Positions 27,745-36,071 of a stretch of DNA of 48,012 nt are shown here, one piece after another (within the stretch, counting starts at the first letter, position 1; every line of letters begins with the position of its first letter). The stretch is from Methanosarcinales archaeon (GTDB taxonomy: Archaea; Halobacteriota; Syntropharchaeia; Alkanophagales; Methanospirareceae): positions 1 through 48,012 of the forward strand of contig JAODGH010000032.1 in assembly GCA_025464325.1 (NCBI GenBank), given 5' to 3'. Made by a program: the position numbers and the translations under genes. Below the pieces are notes generated by a model. It did not search any database. It was not told the DNA's origin and was given only the letters and a program-made list of their open reading frames with translations.

Positions 27745-29142
27745 TTAACTGGTCGTACGTAAAGCCTCATAGAAACCATATGCAACACACACGGTGAAGA
27801 GCAGCTCGGTAACAGAAACCTGTCCGAGTGTACCGAACATACCTGCAAGTACGTACAGTAAACCCATAGTAACGCTGACCTGTACCATCACGAGTTTCGA
27901 AACATCTCTATCTGTACTTCTCTTCATCGCTTTTAATACTACCCGCGATCGCGGCAATCGTACATATCTTAGCATTGCCTTTATATCCCTCGATTCTGGT
28001 CCCGGTGTTAGTTTTAACCATAAAAACACGGAAAGCATCATTCCCGCAACCAGTATTGGAAAGGTAATGGCGATTCTCGGTGCTAAATGCCAGTCCCAGG
28101 GTCCATAAATCGGACTGAAATAGTACATCAAGCCGGATACGGCATTACCCCATTTGTCATGTGTCCCGGGTACGGTGATCCCTCGCAGCCATAAAAACCA
28201 TCCAAAACTACGGATGACTGATAAAATCAACCAGCTGAGATTGAGAAATGCCAGTGGAACTACAAATGCGTATGAGAAATAAAGCAGTGGTAATCGCACT
28301 GTTGTCCGATGTGCATACTTACCAGGTATCTTAAGCTCTACACGTGTGGTCAGTAGATAAACTAATATGAGGAATATAGCGATTGTAGAGAGGAGCGCGA
28401 TTAAGTTATGCTGGAACAGGAGGGTCATGTCGTATCCATGCGTTTGAGAAGCCTGCGGGAACAGAGCAGCCCGGCGCGGTATGACTCCTGCGAGAAGATC
28501 ATTCTGGTCCGGAAACCATCTAACGAGCCCGGTGATTAACCGCAGAGATACATCGGCAAGGATGAATAACGATATGCCCGAGCCTATACCCCAGCGTGAA
28601 ACCACTTCTTCAAGGTAGTATATCAGCACACCACCGAGGAATATCTGGATGAACAATATAATCGTGAGAATTCTGAGCGATACGCCGAGTTGGGTGGCAA
28701 ACCATGGATCGGGCTCATAGAAACCATGTAAATATACCATACTCATGAGGATAGAGAATACTACCACGAGCAGTTTCTGGATGTTCAGATACAGCGCTTG
28801 ATCTCTGGTATTGCTCAGATCAAGCTTCAGTAGCTTTGGTCCAGCCAATATCTGAGAGATGACTGCAGCGTATATGATCGGCTGGAGTCCAAGCGCGGTC
28901 AATGAGAACCGGTGTCCCGCGAATAGCGCTCGCCACCGAACAAAAAGGTCTATTGAGGCAGGTGACAGCCCAAAAAGAGGTATATTACTCAGGATAAAGT
29001 ATAACAGAAGAGGAATAGCGGTGAACATAAGCCTCACGGCAAATGGGACTCGACCCTGAGGCTGTGAGACCATGGGTATCCAGCGTAAAACCACACCTCT
29101 GTCCCGTGCAAATGTACACATACCCGTATAAAATGTACACAT
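27745..29142 (-). CDS. divergent SecY paralogue (candidate accessory translocon subunit, 'SecY2')
   Basis: Full-length 10-TM ORF that aligns with the adjacent SecY, e.g. NIPLFGLSP, RFSLTALG, IQKLLVVVFSI, WGIGSGISLF, HDKWGNAVSGLMYYFSPIYGPWDW and GMFGTLGQ. TM7, the TM8 start and the C-terminal cytosolic loop are rewritten. The start is ambiguous (29142, 29121 or 29073) because of a 21-bp duplication. Confidence 0.8.
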   Translation of the reverse strand: MCTFYTGMCTFARDRGVVLRWIPMVSQPQGRVPFAVRLMFTAIPLLLYFILSNIPLFGLSPASIDLFVRWRALFAGHRFSLTALGLQPIIYAAVISQILAGPKLLKLDLSNTRDQALYLNIQKLLVVVFSILMSMVYLHGFYEPDPWFATQLGVSLRILTIILFIQIFLGGVLIYYLEEVVSRWGIGSGISLFILADVSLRLITGLVRWFPDQNDLLAGVIPRRAALFPQASQTHGYDMTLLFQHNLIALLSTIAIFLILVYLLTTRVELKIPGKYAHRTTVRLPLLYFSYAFVVPLAFLNLSWLILSVIRSFGWFLWLRGITVPGTHDKWGNAVSGLMYYFSPIYGPWDWHLAPRIAITFPILVAGMMLSVFLWLKLTPGPESRDIKAMLRYVRLPRSRVVLKAMKRSTDRDVSKLVMVQVSVTMGLLYVLAGMFGTLGQVSVTELLFTVCVAYGFYEALRTTS

Positions 29143-29150
29143 ACCCGTAT
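29110..29150. repeat. perfect 21-bp-period tandem duplication (aaatgtacacatacccgtat x2) at the secY/secY2 junction
   Basis: 29110-29129 and 29131-29150 are identical 20-mers separated by a single a. On the minus strand this duplicates ATG-TGT-ACA-TTT-TAT-ACG-GGT (MCTFYTG). Confidence 0.95.
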
Positions 29151-29156
29151 TAAGAA

Positions 29157-30620
29157 CTATTCCTCACCGAAGAATCTTCTTAACGCCGGATACATCTCCA
29201 TCATCTGTTCTGATGCCACCTCCTCATAAAGGTTGTATGCAATACTAACAGCGAGCAGTAAGCCCGTACCAGAAGCCTGTCCGAGTGTACCGAACATATT
29301 CGCAAGTACACATAACGTACCAAGAAGTGCACCACCCATTATCGCGATACGCGGTATGTAGCCCTCCATCAATCGCTCTATCGTTGCGGGATTGCGGCGA
29401 TGTCCCGGTATCTGCAGTCCGGAGCGGTATATCTGGCCCGCAACGTCACGGGCGCCCATACCGGTTGTCTCTATCCAGAAGAGCGCAAATATCGCGCCCC
29501 CAACTACCATAAATACCAGATCTATACCGAGCCGTATAGCTACCTGCCAGCCCGCATGTGGCGTCGCCATAAGACTGGGTAGCCAGTCCCAGGGTCCATA
29601 AATCGGACTGAGATAGTACATCAATCCAGATACAGCGCTACCCCATTTATCATATGTCCCTAATACAGTGATCCCGTGCAGCCACAAAGCCCGACCGAAA
29701 CCCTGTATACTCATCTGTAGTGCTCTAACAAGTATCATTGGCAGTACACTCGCGTATAATAGCTTGATCGGGAACCTGCCCCGGGCACCTCGTGCCAGCG
29801 AATGTGCCAGCGGGATCTCCAGACGCGTACTCTCCAGATACACAACGATGAAGAATACGGCAATAGTGGAGAAGAGAGCGATTAAATTATGCTGGAACAG
29901 GAAAGTTATACCCCCTTCCAGGATCTCATAAGCTTCTACATGAAGCGGTGAACCCGGCCAGAGCAGTACAAACCAGCGTGGTATAACTCCTACCGGGAGA
30001 CCGCTCTGATCCGGAACCCAATTAATGAGCCCGGTGATTACCTGCTGAGACACACCTGCAATGATGAATAGCGAAACGCCAGAGCCTATTCCCCATTTCG
30101 ATACTACCTCATCCATGAAATATATGAGCATACCACCGAGAAATACCTGGATGAACAGTATAATAGAGACGATCTTGAGCGAAACGCCGAGTTGCGCGGC
30201 TATACCGGGATCAGGCTTATAAAAACCCAATACATAGACCAGACTCATGAAGATAGAGAATACCACCACGAGCAGTTTCTGGATGTTCTGATAGAACTTC
30301 TGATCCTCGGAATTGGTCAGATCCAGCGACAATATCCCGGCGCCCACGAGTAGTTGTAGGATAATAGAAGCATCAACGATGGGCATGATACCGAGTGCGG
30401 TGAGTGAGAAACGATTACCCGCAAATATCGCTCGCCATCTGCCGAAAAGGTCAAGCGAATCGGGTGACAGTCCAAAAAGAGGCACGTTACCCAGCGCGAA
30501 ATAGAGTATCAGTATAGCAAGAGTCCATATCAACTTGGTCTTGAAATGAACGTGCCAGCTCGGACGTTCAACCATCGGGAATCTGTCCATCAGAGGTGTC
30601 AGAACTTCTCGTAGACTCAT
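29157..30620 (-). CDS. secY: preprotein translocase subunit SecY (canonical copy)
   Basis: Archaeal SecY motifs: EIPLAHSLARGARGRFPIKLLYASVLPMIL, FWIETTGMGARDVAGQI, IPGHRRNP, GYIPRIA and GTGLLLAVSIAYNLYEE. Starts 14 nt after uL15. Confidence 0.95.
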   Translation of the reverse strand: MSLREVLTPLMDRFPMVERPSWHVHFKTKLIWTLAILILYFALGNVPLFGLSPDSLDLFGRWRAIFAGNRFSLTALGIMPIVDASIILQLLVGAGILSLDLTNSEDQKFYQNIQKLLVVVFSIFMSLVYVLGFYKPDPGIAAQLGVSLKIVSIILFIQVFLGGMLIYFMDEVVSKWGIGSGVSLFIIAGVSQQVITGLINWVPDQSGLPVGVIPRWFVLLWPGSPLHVEAYEILEGGITFLFQHNLIALFSTIAVFFIVVYLESTRLEIPLAHSLARGARGRFPIKLLYASVLPMILVRALQMSIQGFGRALWLHGITVLGTYDKWGSAVSGLMYYLSPIYGPWDWLPSLMATPHAGWQVAIRLGIDLVFMVVGGAIFALFWIETTGMGARDVAGQIYRSGLQIPGHRRNPATIERLMEGYIPRIAIMGGALLGTLCVLANMFGTLGQASGTGLLLAVSIAYNLYEEVASEQMMEMYPALRRFFGEE

Positions 30621-30634
30621 TGCTTGTATCTACC

Positions 30635-31060
30635 TCAGCTAACTACTTCTACACTACCACCTGCTTGCTCTATCTTACCCTTTGCTATGCTCGATATCGC
30701 TTTTGCCTTAACTATCAACTTCTTTGTTACTTCTCCCTTGCCCAGTATCTTCGATATGCCGAGTTGGGTTGTATCGAGTATAAAAGCGTCATCACGCGCT
30801 TCCGCTTTGCCCGTCTTCAGCAATTCGTCCAAACGCTCTTCCAGTTCCCCTACGTTCAGTACCAGCTCATCACGCCTGATTGCAATATAAGGACGACCTC
30901 GCTTACCTTTCCTTATACCCTGCTTCAGAGATCGGACGAAATGATGTTCATAAGCGCCAGCATTACCGGAACCGCCTTTGCTGCCCTTACCACGGCGTTT
31001 CTTATGCGATCCCCCGCCACATGTCCTGGTTCCCCGTATCTTCTTTATCCTACGCTTCAT
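30635..31060 (-). CDS. rpl15: 50S ribosomal protein uL15
   Basis: [28 protein letters not shown] glycine/basic N-terminus. 141 aa, immediately upstream of secY. Confidence 0.95.
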   Translation of the reverse strand: MKRRIKKIRGTRTCGGGSHKKRRGKGSKGGSGNAGAYEHHFVRSLKQGIRKGKRGRPYIAIRRDELVLNVGELEERLDELLKTGKAEARDDAFILDTTQLGISKILGKGEVTKKLIVKAKAISSIAKGKIEQAGGSVEVVS

Positions 31061-31097
31061 CTCTTATCCCTGTCCTACTCCACAAAAACATGCTCCA

Positions 31098-31122
31098 ATT
31101 ATATATACTTTACTTTTTATAT
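31098..31122. promoter_or_regulatory. divergent TATA-like elements between rpl15 and tbp
   Basis: attatatatac and tttttatat lie within the 91-nt rpl15-tbp spacer. The second is about 30 nt upstream of the tbp ATG at 31152. Confidence 0.4.
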
Positions 31123-31151
31123 CTCATCAATAGTCTCAATTGGAGTTGGAG

Positions 31152-31706
31152 ATGATGACGGAAGTAGAAATAAAAGTGGAGAATGTGGTGGCGAATGCAA
31201 GGATCGCTGATGAATTAGATCTGAGATATATCGAATCAAAGTTAGAAGACGCGGTATTCACGAAGAAGAAGTTTCCGGGGCTGGTGTACAGGACCCATAA
31301 CCCTAAAGCGGCTTTTCTCATCTTTCGTTCGGGCAAGGTAGTATGTACAGGCTCGAAGACCGAAGAAGGTGTGCGTAAGGTAATGGACATACTTGCTGCT
31401 GACCTCAGACGTATAGGGATAGATGTAGCAGAACATCCGGAGTTCAAGGTGCAGAATATCGTCGCTTCCGCCAATATCGGGAAAGAGCTCAACCTTGGCG
31501 CGATCGTTGTGGGTCTGGAGCTTGAGGGTATGGAATACGAGCCAGAAGTGTTTCCAGGGCTTGTTTATCGTATTGATGATCCTAAAAGTGCCATATTGAT
31601 ATTCAGCTCGGGGCGGCTGGTGATAACCGGTGGCAAGACGGTTGAGGATTGTAAAAGAGCGGTGAACGTTTTGATGGCGAAGTTGAAGGAGTTGAAGCTG
31701 ATCTGA
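31152..31706 (+). CDS. tbp: TATA-box-binding protein
   Basis: Two direct repeats: IENVVA(S)A...FPGLVYR...LIFRSGKVVCTGSK and VQNIVASA...FPGLVYRI...ILIFSSGRLVITGGK. Confidence 0.95.
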   Translation: MMTEVEIKVENVVANARIADELDLRYIESKLEDAVFTKKKFPGLVYRTHNPKAAFLIFRSGKVVCTGSKTEEGVRKVMDILAADLRRIGIDVAEHPEFKVQNIVASANIGKELNLGAIVVGLELEGMEYEPEVFPGLVYRIDDPKSAILIFSSGRLVITGGKTVEDCKRAVNVLMAKLKELKLI

Positions 31707-31715
31707 TCAAAAGGT

Positions 31716-32138
31716 ATGTTTGAGCCCAAGATAGTGGCTTTCTGCTGTAACTGGTGCTCTTATGCGGCGGCAGACCTCGCGGGTGTATCGCGTTTCCAGT
31801 ACCCACCGAACGTGCGTATAATACGCGTGATGTGTTCGGGGCGGGTAGAACCTGAGTTCATATTTGATGCATTCAAACACGGAGCCGATGGTGTCATTGT
31901 CACGGGCTGTTATCCCGGAGAATGTCATTACATATCAGGCAATCAGAAAGTCGAACAGCGAGTGGCGAAGGTGAAGAAGGCGATGGAGTATCTGGGACTC
32001 GAACCCGAGCGGCTGCGGCTGGAATGGATGTCAGCAGCAGAGAGCGAGCGGTTCGCTTCGGTTATGCGCGACTTCACAGAGGCGATAAGGGCGCTGGGGC
32101 CTCTAAAATACAGGGTATGTGATAGAGATGGCAGATAA
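31716..32138 (+). CDS. mvhD: methyl-viologen-reducing hydrogenase delta subunit (MvhD/FlpD family)
   Basis: IVAFCCNWCSYAAADLAG, IRVMCSGRV, GADGVIVTGCYPGECHY. Confidence 0.9.
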   Translation: MFEPKIVAFCCNWCSYAAADLAGVSRFQYPPNVRIIRVMCSGRVEPEFIFDAFKHGADGVIVTGCYPGECHYISGNQKVEQRVAKVKKAMEYLGLEPERLRLEWMSAAESERFASVMRDFTEAIRALGPLKYRVCDRDGR

Positions 32139-33426
32139 GAAGGATGCAGTGGCGGTAATAGGTGGTGGTATTGCGGGTATACAGGCGGCAAACGATCTCG
32201 GTGAGATGGGTTTCCACGTGTACCTGCTGGAGAAGGAGCCATCGATTGGCGGGCGAGTGGCACGACTCAATCGTATATTTCCCACCGGTGAGAGCGCCAT
32301 ATCGATACTGGAGCCGAAGATACAGGCGCTTGTGGATAATGATAACATCGAACTACTGACATGTGCCGAAGTAGCGGAATTAAAAGGTACCGCGGGTGAT
32401 TTTGAACTCACGGTTGAGTGTAAACCGCGCTATGTCGATGAGGCTAAGTGTGTGGGCTGTCTACGTTGTATGGAGGTTTGCCCGGTTGAGTCGCCGGATC
32501 GTTTCAATGAAGGGCTGGGCACAAGGAAAGCTATCTTTATGTATCCACATGCTGTCCCGTCCTGTGCGACCATTGATATGGATGACTGCATACGAAGCGA
32601 CGGCTGTGATGCGTGTGTACGCGCATGCGAATACGATGCGATAGACTTCACACAGGAGAAACGGATCCGTAAGTTGAAAGTGGGGACGATAATCGTAGCA
32701 CCGGGTGCGGTAGCGTATGATCCCGGGTATGAGAACGATTATGGGTATGGGCTGTATGATAATGTGATAACGACAATGGAATTTGAACGACTTACGGACC
32801 CCGAAGGACCAACCGGCGGTGATCTGATCAGACCTTCGGACTGTGAGACGCCCATGCGTGTGGGCTTTATCAATTGCGTCGGCTCACGCGATATGAACAG
32901 GAACGTGTATTGTTCGGGAGGTGTGTGCTGCATGGAGAACATAAAGAACGCGATACTGCTTAAAGAGGCTCACCCGGAGGTCATATGCTATATCTTCTAT
33001 ATCGATATAAGAGCACCCTTCAGGAGCTATGAAGAGCTTTATACACGTGCACGTGAGCTTGGTATTCGCTTTATTCGCGGTAGACCGGCAGAAGTAACGG
33101 AAATGGATAACGGTAACCTGATAGTCAGAGCGGAAGACACGTTGAAGGGCATGGTACGTAATGTTGAGGTAGAACTCGTCGTGCTCGGCATCGGCAATGT
33201 GCCCGGTGAGGACATACCGAAACTATCAAATATGCTGCAGATACCGCTTGCAGAAGACGGTATGTTCAGGGAGTTACATTCCCGAGCAGCACCCGTGGAT
33301 AGCGAGCGCGAGGGTATATTCATCGCAGGTGCGGCTGCGGGTCCAAAGGATATCGCTATTGCTGTTGCACAGGGCAGTAGTGCAGCTGCGAGAGCCGCTT
33401 CCACGTTGCTCCACTCTCACAGTTAG
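32128..33426 (+). CDS. hdrA: HdrA-like FAD/FeS oxidoreductase, short form (heterodisulfide reductase subunit A family)
   Basis: Dinucleotide fold VAVIGGGIAGIQAANDL...LLEKEPSIGGR, an inserted 2x[4Fe-4S] ferredoxin (CVGCLRCMEVCP ... CDACVRAC) and the HdrA signature CVGSRDMNRNVYCSGGVCC. At only about 432 aa it is shorter than classical HdrA. Confidence 0.85.
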   Translation: MADKKDAVAVIGGGIAGIQAANDLGEMGFHVYLLEKEPSIGGRVARLNRIFPTGESAISILEPKIQALVDNDNIELLTCAEVAELKGTAGDFELTVECKPRYVDEAKCVGCLRCMEVCPVESPDRFNEGLGTRKAIFMYPHAVPSCATIDMDDCIRSDGCDACVRACEYDAIDFTQEKRIRKLKVGTIIVAPGAVAYDPGYENDYGYGLYDNVITTMEFERLTDPEGPTGGDLIRPSDCETPMRVGFINCVGSRDMNRNVYCSGGVCCMENIKNAILLKEAHPEVICYIFYIDIRAPFRSYEELYTRARELGIRFIRGRPAEVTEMDNGNLIVRAEDTLKGMVRNVEVELVVLGIGNVPGEDIPKLSNMLQIPLAEDGMFRELHSRAAPVDSEREGIFIAGAAAGPKDIAIAVAQGSSAAARAASTLLHSHS

Positions 33427-33469
33427 TAGAAACGATAGAATCCGGGAAGGAGCGTGTAAAGAGCGGTGA

Positions 33470-34093
33470 TTATACCGGCTGTCTCGACCCTGTACGGCGT
33501 ATCAGGTTCTGAAATGCACGTTTTACCTGCTTAGCGGTTTCTTCTACCGTGCCTTCGTTGTTTATCACAATATCTGCGAATTTTAATTTCTCATTCAGCG
33601 GTATCTGAAGCGCGATGAGTTCCTTCGCCTCCTGCTCGTCTATACCCTCTCGTTCCATCACTCGCTTCAGCTGTTCCTTCTCGTTCACATAGACCAGTAT
33701 CACGACATCGAATTTATCCACAAAACCCGCCTCTATCAAAAGCGGCACATCGACAACGATGAGCGCATTCGGTTCTATCTTCCTGATTGCTTCGATCCTT
33801 GCCCGGCACATCGCCATGACCTCGGGATGAATTACCGCTTCCAGATACCTGCGCCTGGCAGAATCGGCAACGACGATCTCACGCAGGCGCTTACGGTCAA
33901 TCTCCAGATCTCGCTTCAGTATCTCCTTGCCGAAATGCTCAACCAGTTGCCACCACGCCTTTGTGCATGGTCTCACGGCTTCACGACTCAGCACATCGCA
34001 ATCGATACCGAACGCTCCGAGTTCCAGGAATAACCTGTAAACCAGGCTCTTACCACTGCCTATACCTCCTGTTATGGCAGCAACAACGGTCAA
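33470..34093 (-). CDS. coaE: dephospho-CoA kinase, bacterial CoaE type
   Basis: ITGGIGSGKS P-loop, DCDVLSREAV, IHPEV and VVDVPLLIE. TTG start 1 nt after the upstream stop. Confidence 0.8.
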   Translation of the reverse strand: MTVVAAITGGIGSGKSLVYRLFLELGAFGIDCDVLSREAVRPCTKAWWQLVEHFGKEILKRDLEIDRKRLREIVVADSARRRYLEAVIHPEVMAMCRARIEAIRKIEPNALIVVDVPLLIEAGFVDKFDVVILVYVNEKEQLKRVMEREGIDEQEAKELIALQIPLNEKLKFADIVINNEGTVEETAKQVKRAFQNLIRRTGSRQPV

Positions 34094-34094
34094 C

Positions 34095-34742
34095 TCATTT
34101 CACCACCCGGATCGCTACAAACGCACCTTCACCGTATCCCGGTTTCCAATCCTCCGCTTCTGCCAGGTCTGTATCAAATACCGTCTGTACAAATTCGAAT
34201 TCGTGCTCATTAAAGCCGGCAAACTTCAATAAATCGGTTACCTCATCCGTACTGTAAAATCTCGCGATACGATAAAACGGGCTATCATATTTTTTACGCT
34301 CATATATCCTGCCAAGAGGGCTATCGCGATCTATAAACGCAAGTATGAACCAGCCCCGGGGCTTCAACACCCTGAAAACCTCCCGAAACGCCAGTGATAC
34401 GTCATCGAGAAAGCACATGGTGGTGACCATAAGTACGAATTTGAAACAGGATTTTGTGAATGGTAATGCCTCGGCTATACCTCTTATGACCGCGATACCG
34501 CGTGCTTTTGACCGTGCCGCCATCGTTGGTGAAGGCTCAATACCCAGAGGGATGCCCAATGGTGATGCGAAACGTCCGGTACCCACTCCTACCTCGATGC
34601 TCTCTTCACTCACGATCGATGCCATATCCGAAGGCAACAGAGCTCTTAGCGCACGCACTTCCGATTCGTATACCGCTCTGTGCTCTTCGAACCATTCATC
34701 ATATTCCGCGGCATATCTCTCAAAAGGCAGGATTCTCGGCAT
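34095..34742 (-). CDS. class I SAM-dependent methyltransferase
   Basis: Motif I IEVGVGTGRFASPLG plus post-I and motif II-like segments. 215 aa. Confidence 0.75.
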   Translation of the reverse strand: MPRILPFERYAAEYDEWFEEHRAVYESEVRALRALLPSDMASIVSEESIEVGVGTGRFASPLGIPLGIEPSPTMAARSKARGIAVIRGIAEALPFTKSCFKFVLMVTTMCFLDDVSLAFREVFRVLKPRGWFILAFIDRDSPLGRIYERKKYDSPFYRIARFYSTDEVTDLLKFAGFNEHEFEFVQTVFDTDLAEAEDWKPGYGEGAFVAIRVVK

Positions 34743-34748
34743 CGTTAT

Positions 34749-35963
34749 TCACTCTACCACGGTGCCCGCGCCGATGAGATGCCATCTCGCGCCTATTTTG
34801 CGCGCGATAGCCACACGTGCTCCCGTATCCGCGCATACGGGGCGGATCAGATTAGCTTTTAGCGAATTCTTCGTCAGCTTCTTCACTTCACCCATTGTGA
34901 TTGCCGTACCCACACTCAGCATAAGACTCTCACCCACCTTTATCGCGGCGGTCTCCATCTCCTTAGCTACGCCAACTACACGCTCTAACAGGCGGAATTG
35001 AACCGTGAGCTCATAGCGAGTGGGTGGTAAAGAGCCCTGTAAACCCACACACTGCCCAACAAGCGAATCCTCTATTGTCATGCTCGGATCTAATTTCGTG
35101 CCAACACCTATCAACCCACCCGGTGTCACCTCCTCTACGGGCACGCCACCAGCCATTATGGATGTTATCTCGGTCTCAATCGGTACCCATTTCGGCTTAC
35201 CACTGCCCGTAGTCACCATCCGGCCGGGGCGTATCTCAAGCCTGTCACCCACCCGCAACTTACCCCTGAGCAGGGAACCACCGATCACGCCTCCTTTAAG
35301 GTTCTCTATCGGTGTGCCGGGCTTATTCACATCAAAAGAGCGAGCAATATACATGAGCGGGGCTACATCTTCGGGACGGTCTGGCGTTGGTATTGTCTCC
35401 TCTATTTTCTGGATGAGAACATCTATGTTCACCGATTGCTGCGCAGAAATGGGCACAATCGGTGCGTCCTCTGCGATTGTGCCTTTGATAAACTCCTTTA
35501 TCTGTAAATAGTGTTTAAATGCATCCTCGCGCGTGACGAGATCGACCTTGTTCTGTGCAATTACCAGATTCTTTATGCCCACGATGCTGAGCGCCATCAG
35601 ATGCTCCTTTGTCTGTGGCTGAGGACACGGTTCAGACGCGGCAATGAGCAGAACGGCACCATCCATAATCGCAGCACCACTCAACATAGTTGCCATCAGT
35701 GCTTCATGCCCCGGCGAATCCACAAATGAGACCGTTCGTAGCTCCTCGGTCTTTGACCCGCAATGCTTACAGACATTCTCTACGGTATAACAATCGGGTT
35801 CCTTACATTTCGGACATCGCCTGAAAGTCGCATCGGCATAGCCCAGCCTTATAGATATGCCTCGCTTTATCTCTTCACTGTGCCGGTCGGTCCACTCGCC
35901 GGATAGCGCGTTCACTAACGTCGTCTTGCCATGATCCACATGCCCTACCATTCCTATGTTCAC
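34749..35963 (-). CDS. eif2g: translation initiation factor aIF2 subunit gamma
   Basis: [15 protein letters not shown], Zn knuckle CPKC...CKHCG, FVDSPGH, QNKVDL. GTG start. Confidence 0.95.
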   Translation of the reverse strand: MNIGMVGHVDHGKTTLVNALSGEWTDRHSEEIKRGISIRLGYADATFRRCPKCKEPDCYTVENVCKHCGSKTEELRTVSFVDSPGHEALMATMLSGAAIMDGAVLLIAASEPCPQPQTKEHLMALSIVGIKNLVIAQNKVDLVTREDAFKHYLQIKEFIKGTIAEDAPIVPISAQQSVNIDVLIQKIEETIPTPDRPEDVAPLMYIARSFDVNKPGTPIENLKGGVIGGSLLRGKLRVGDRLEIRPGRMVTTGSGKPKWVPIETEITSIMAGGVPVEEVTPGGLIGVGTKLDPSMTIEDSLVGQCVGLQGSLPPTRYELTVQFRLLERVVGVAKEMETAAIKVGESLMLSVGTAITMGEVKKLTKNSLKANLIRPVCADTGARVAIARKIGARWHLIGAGTVVE

Positions 35964-36071
35964 AGATGGCTTTCCCGTTTTTATTTACCCCCCGCTTATT
36001 CAACCTTTTTATTCCATTCTCTTTTAAATTGAAGTAATAAAAATTATTAATCTTAATTGCTTGCGACGGGC

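Noticed and set aside
31716-33426. Selenocysteine or pyrrolysine recoding in mvhD/hdrA.
   Set aside because: Both ORFs are continuous with no in-frame TGA or TAG, and Cys occupies the expected positions.
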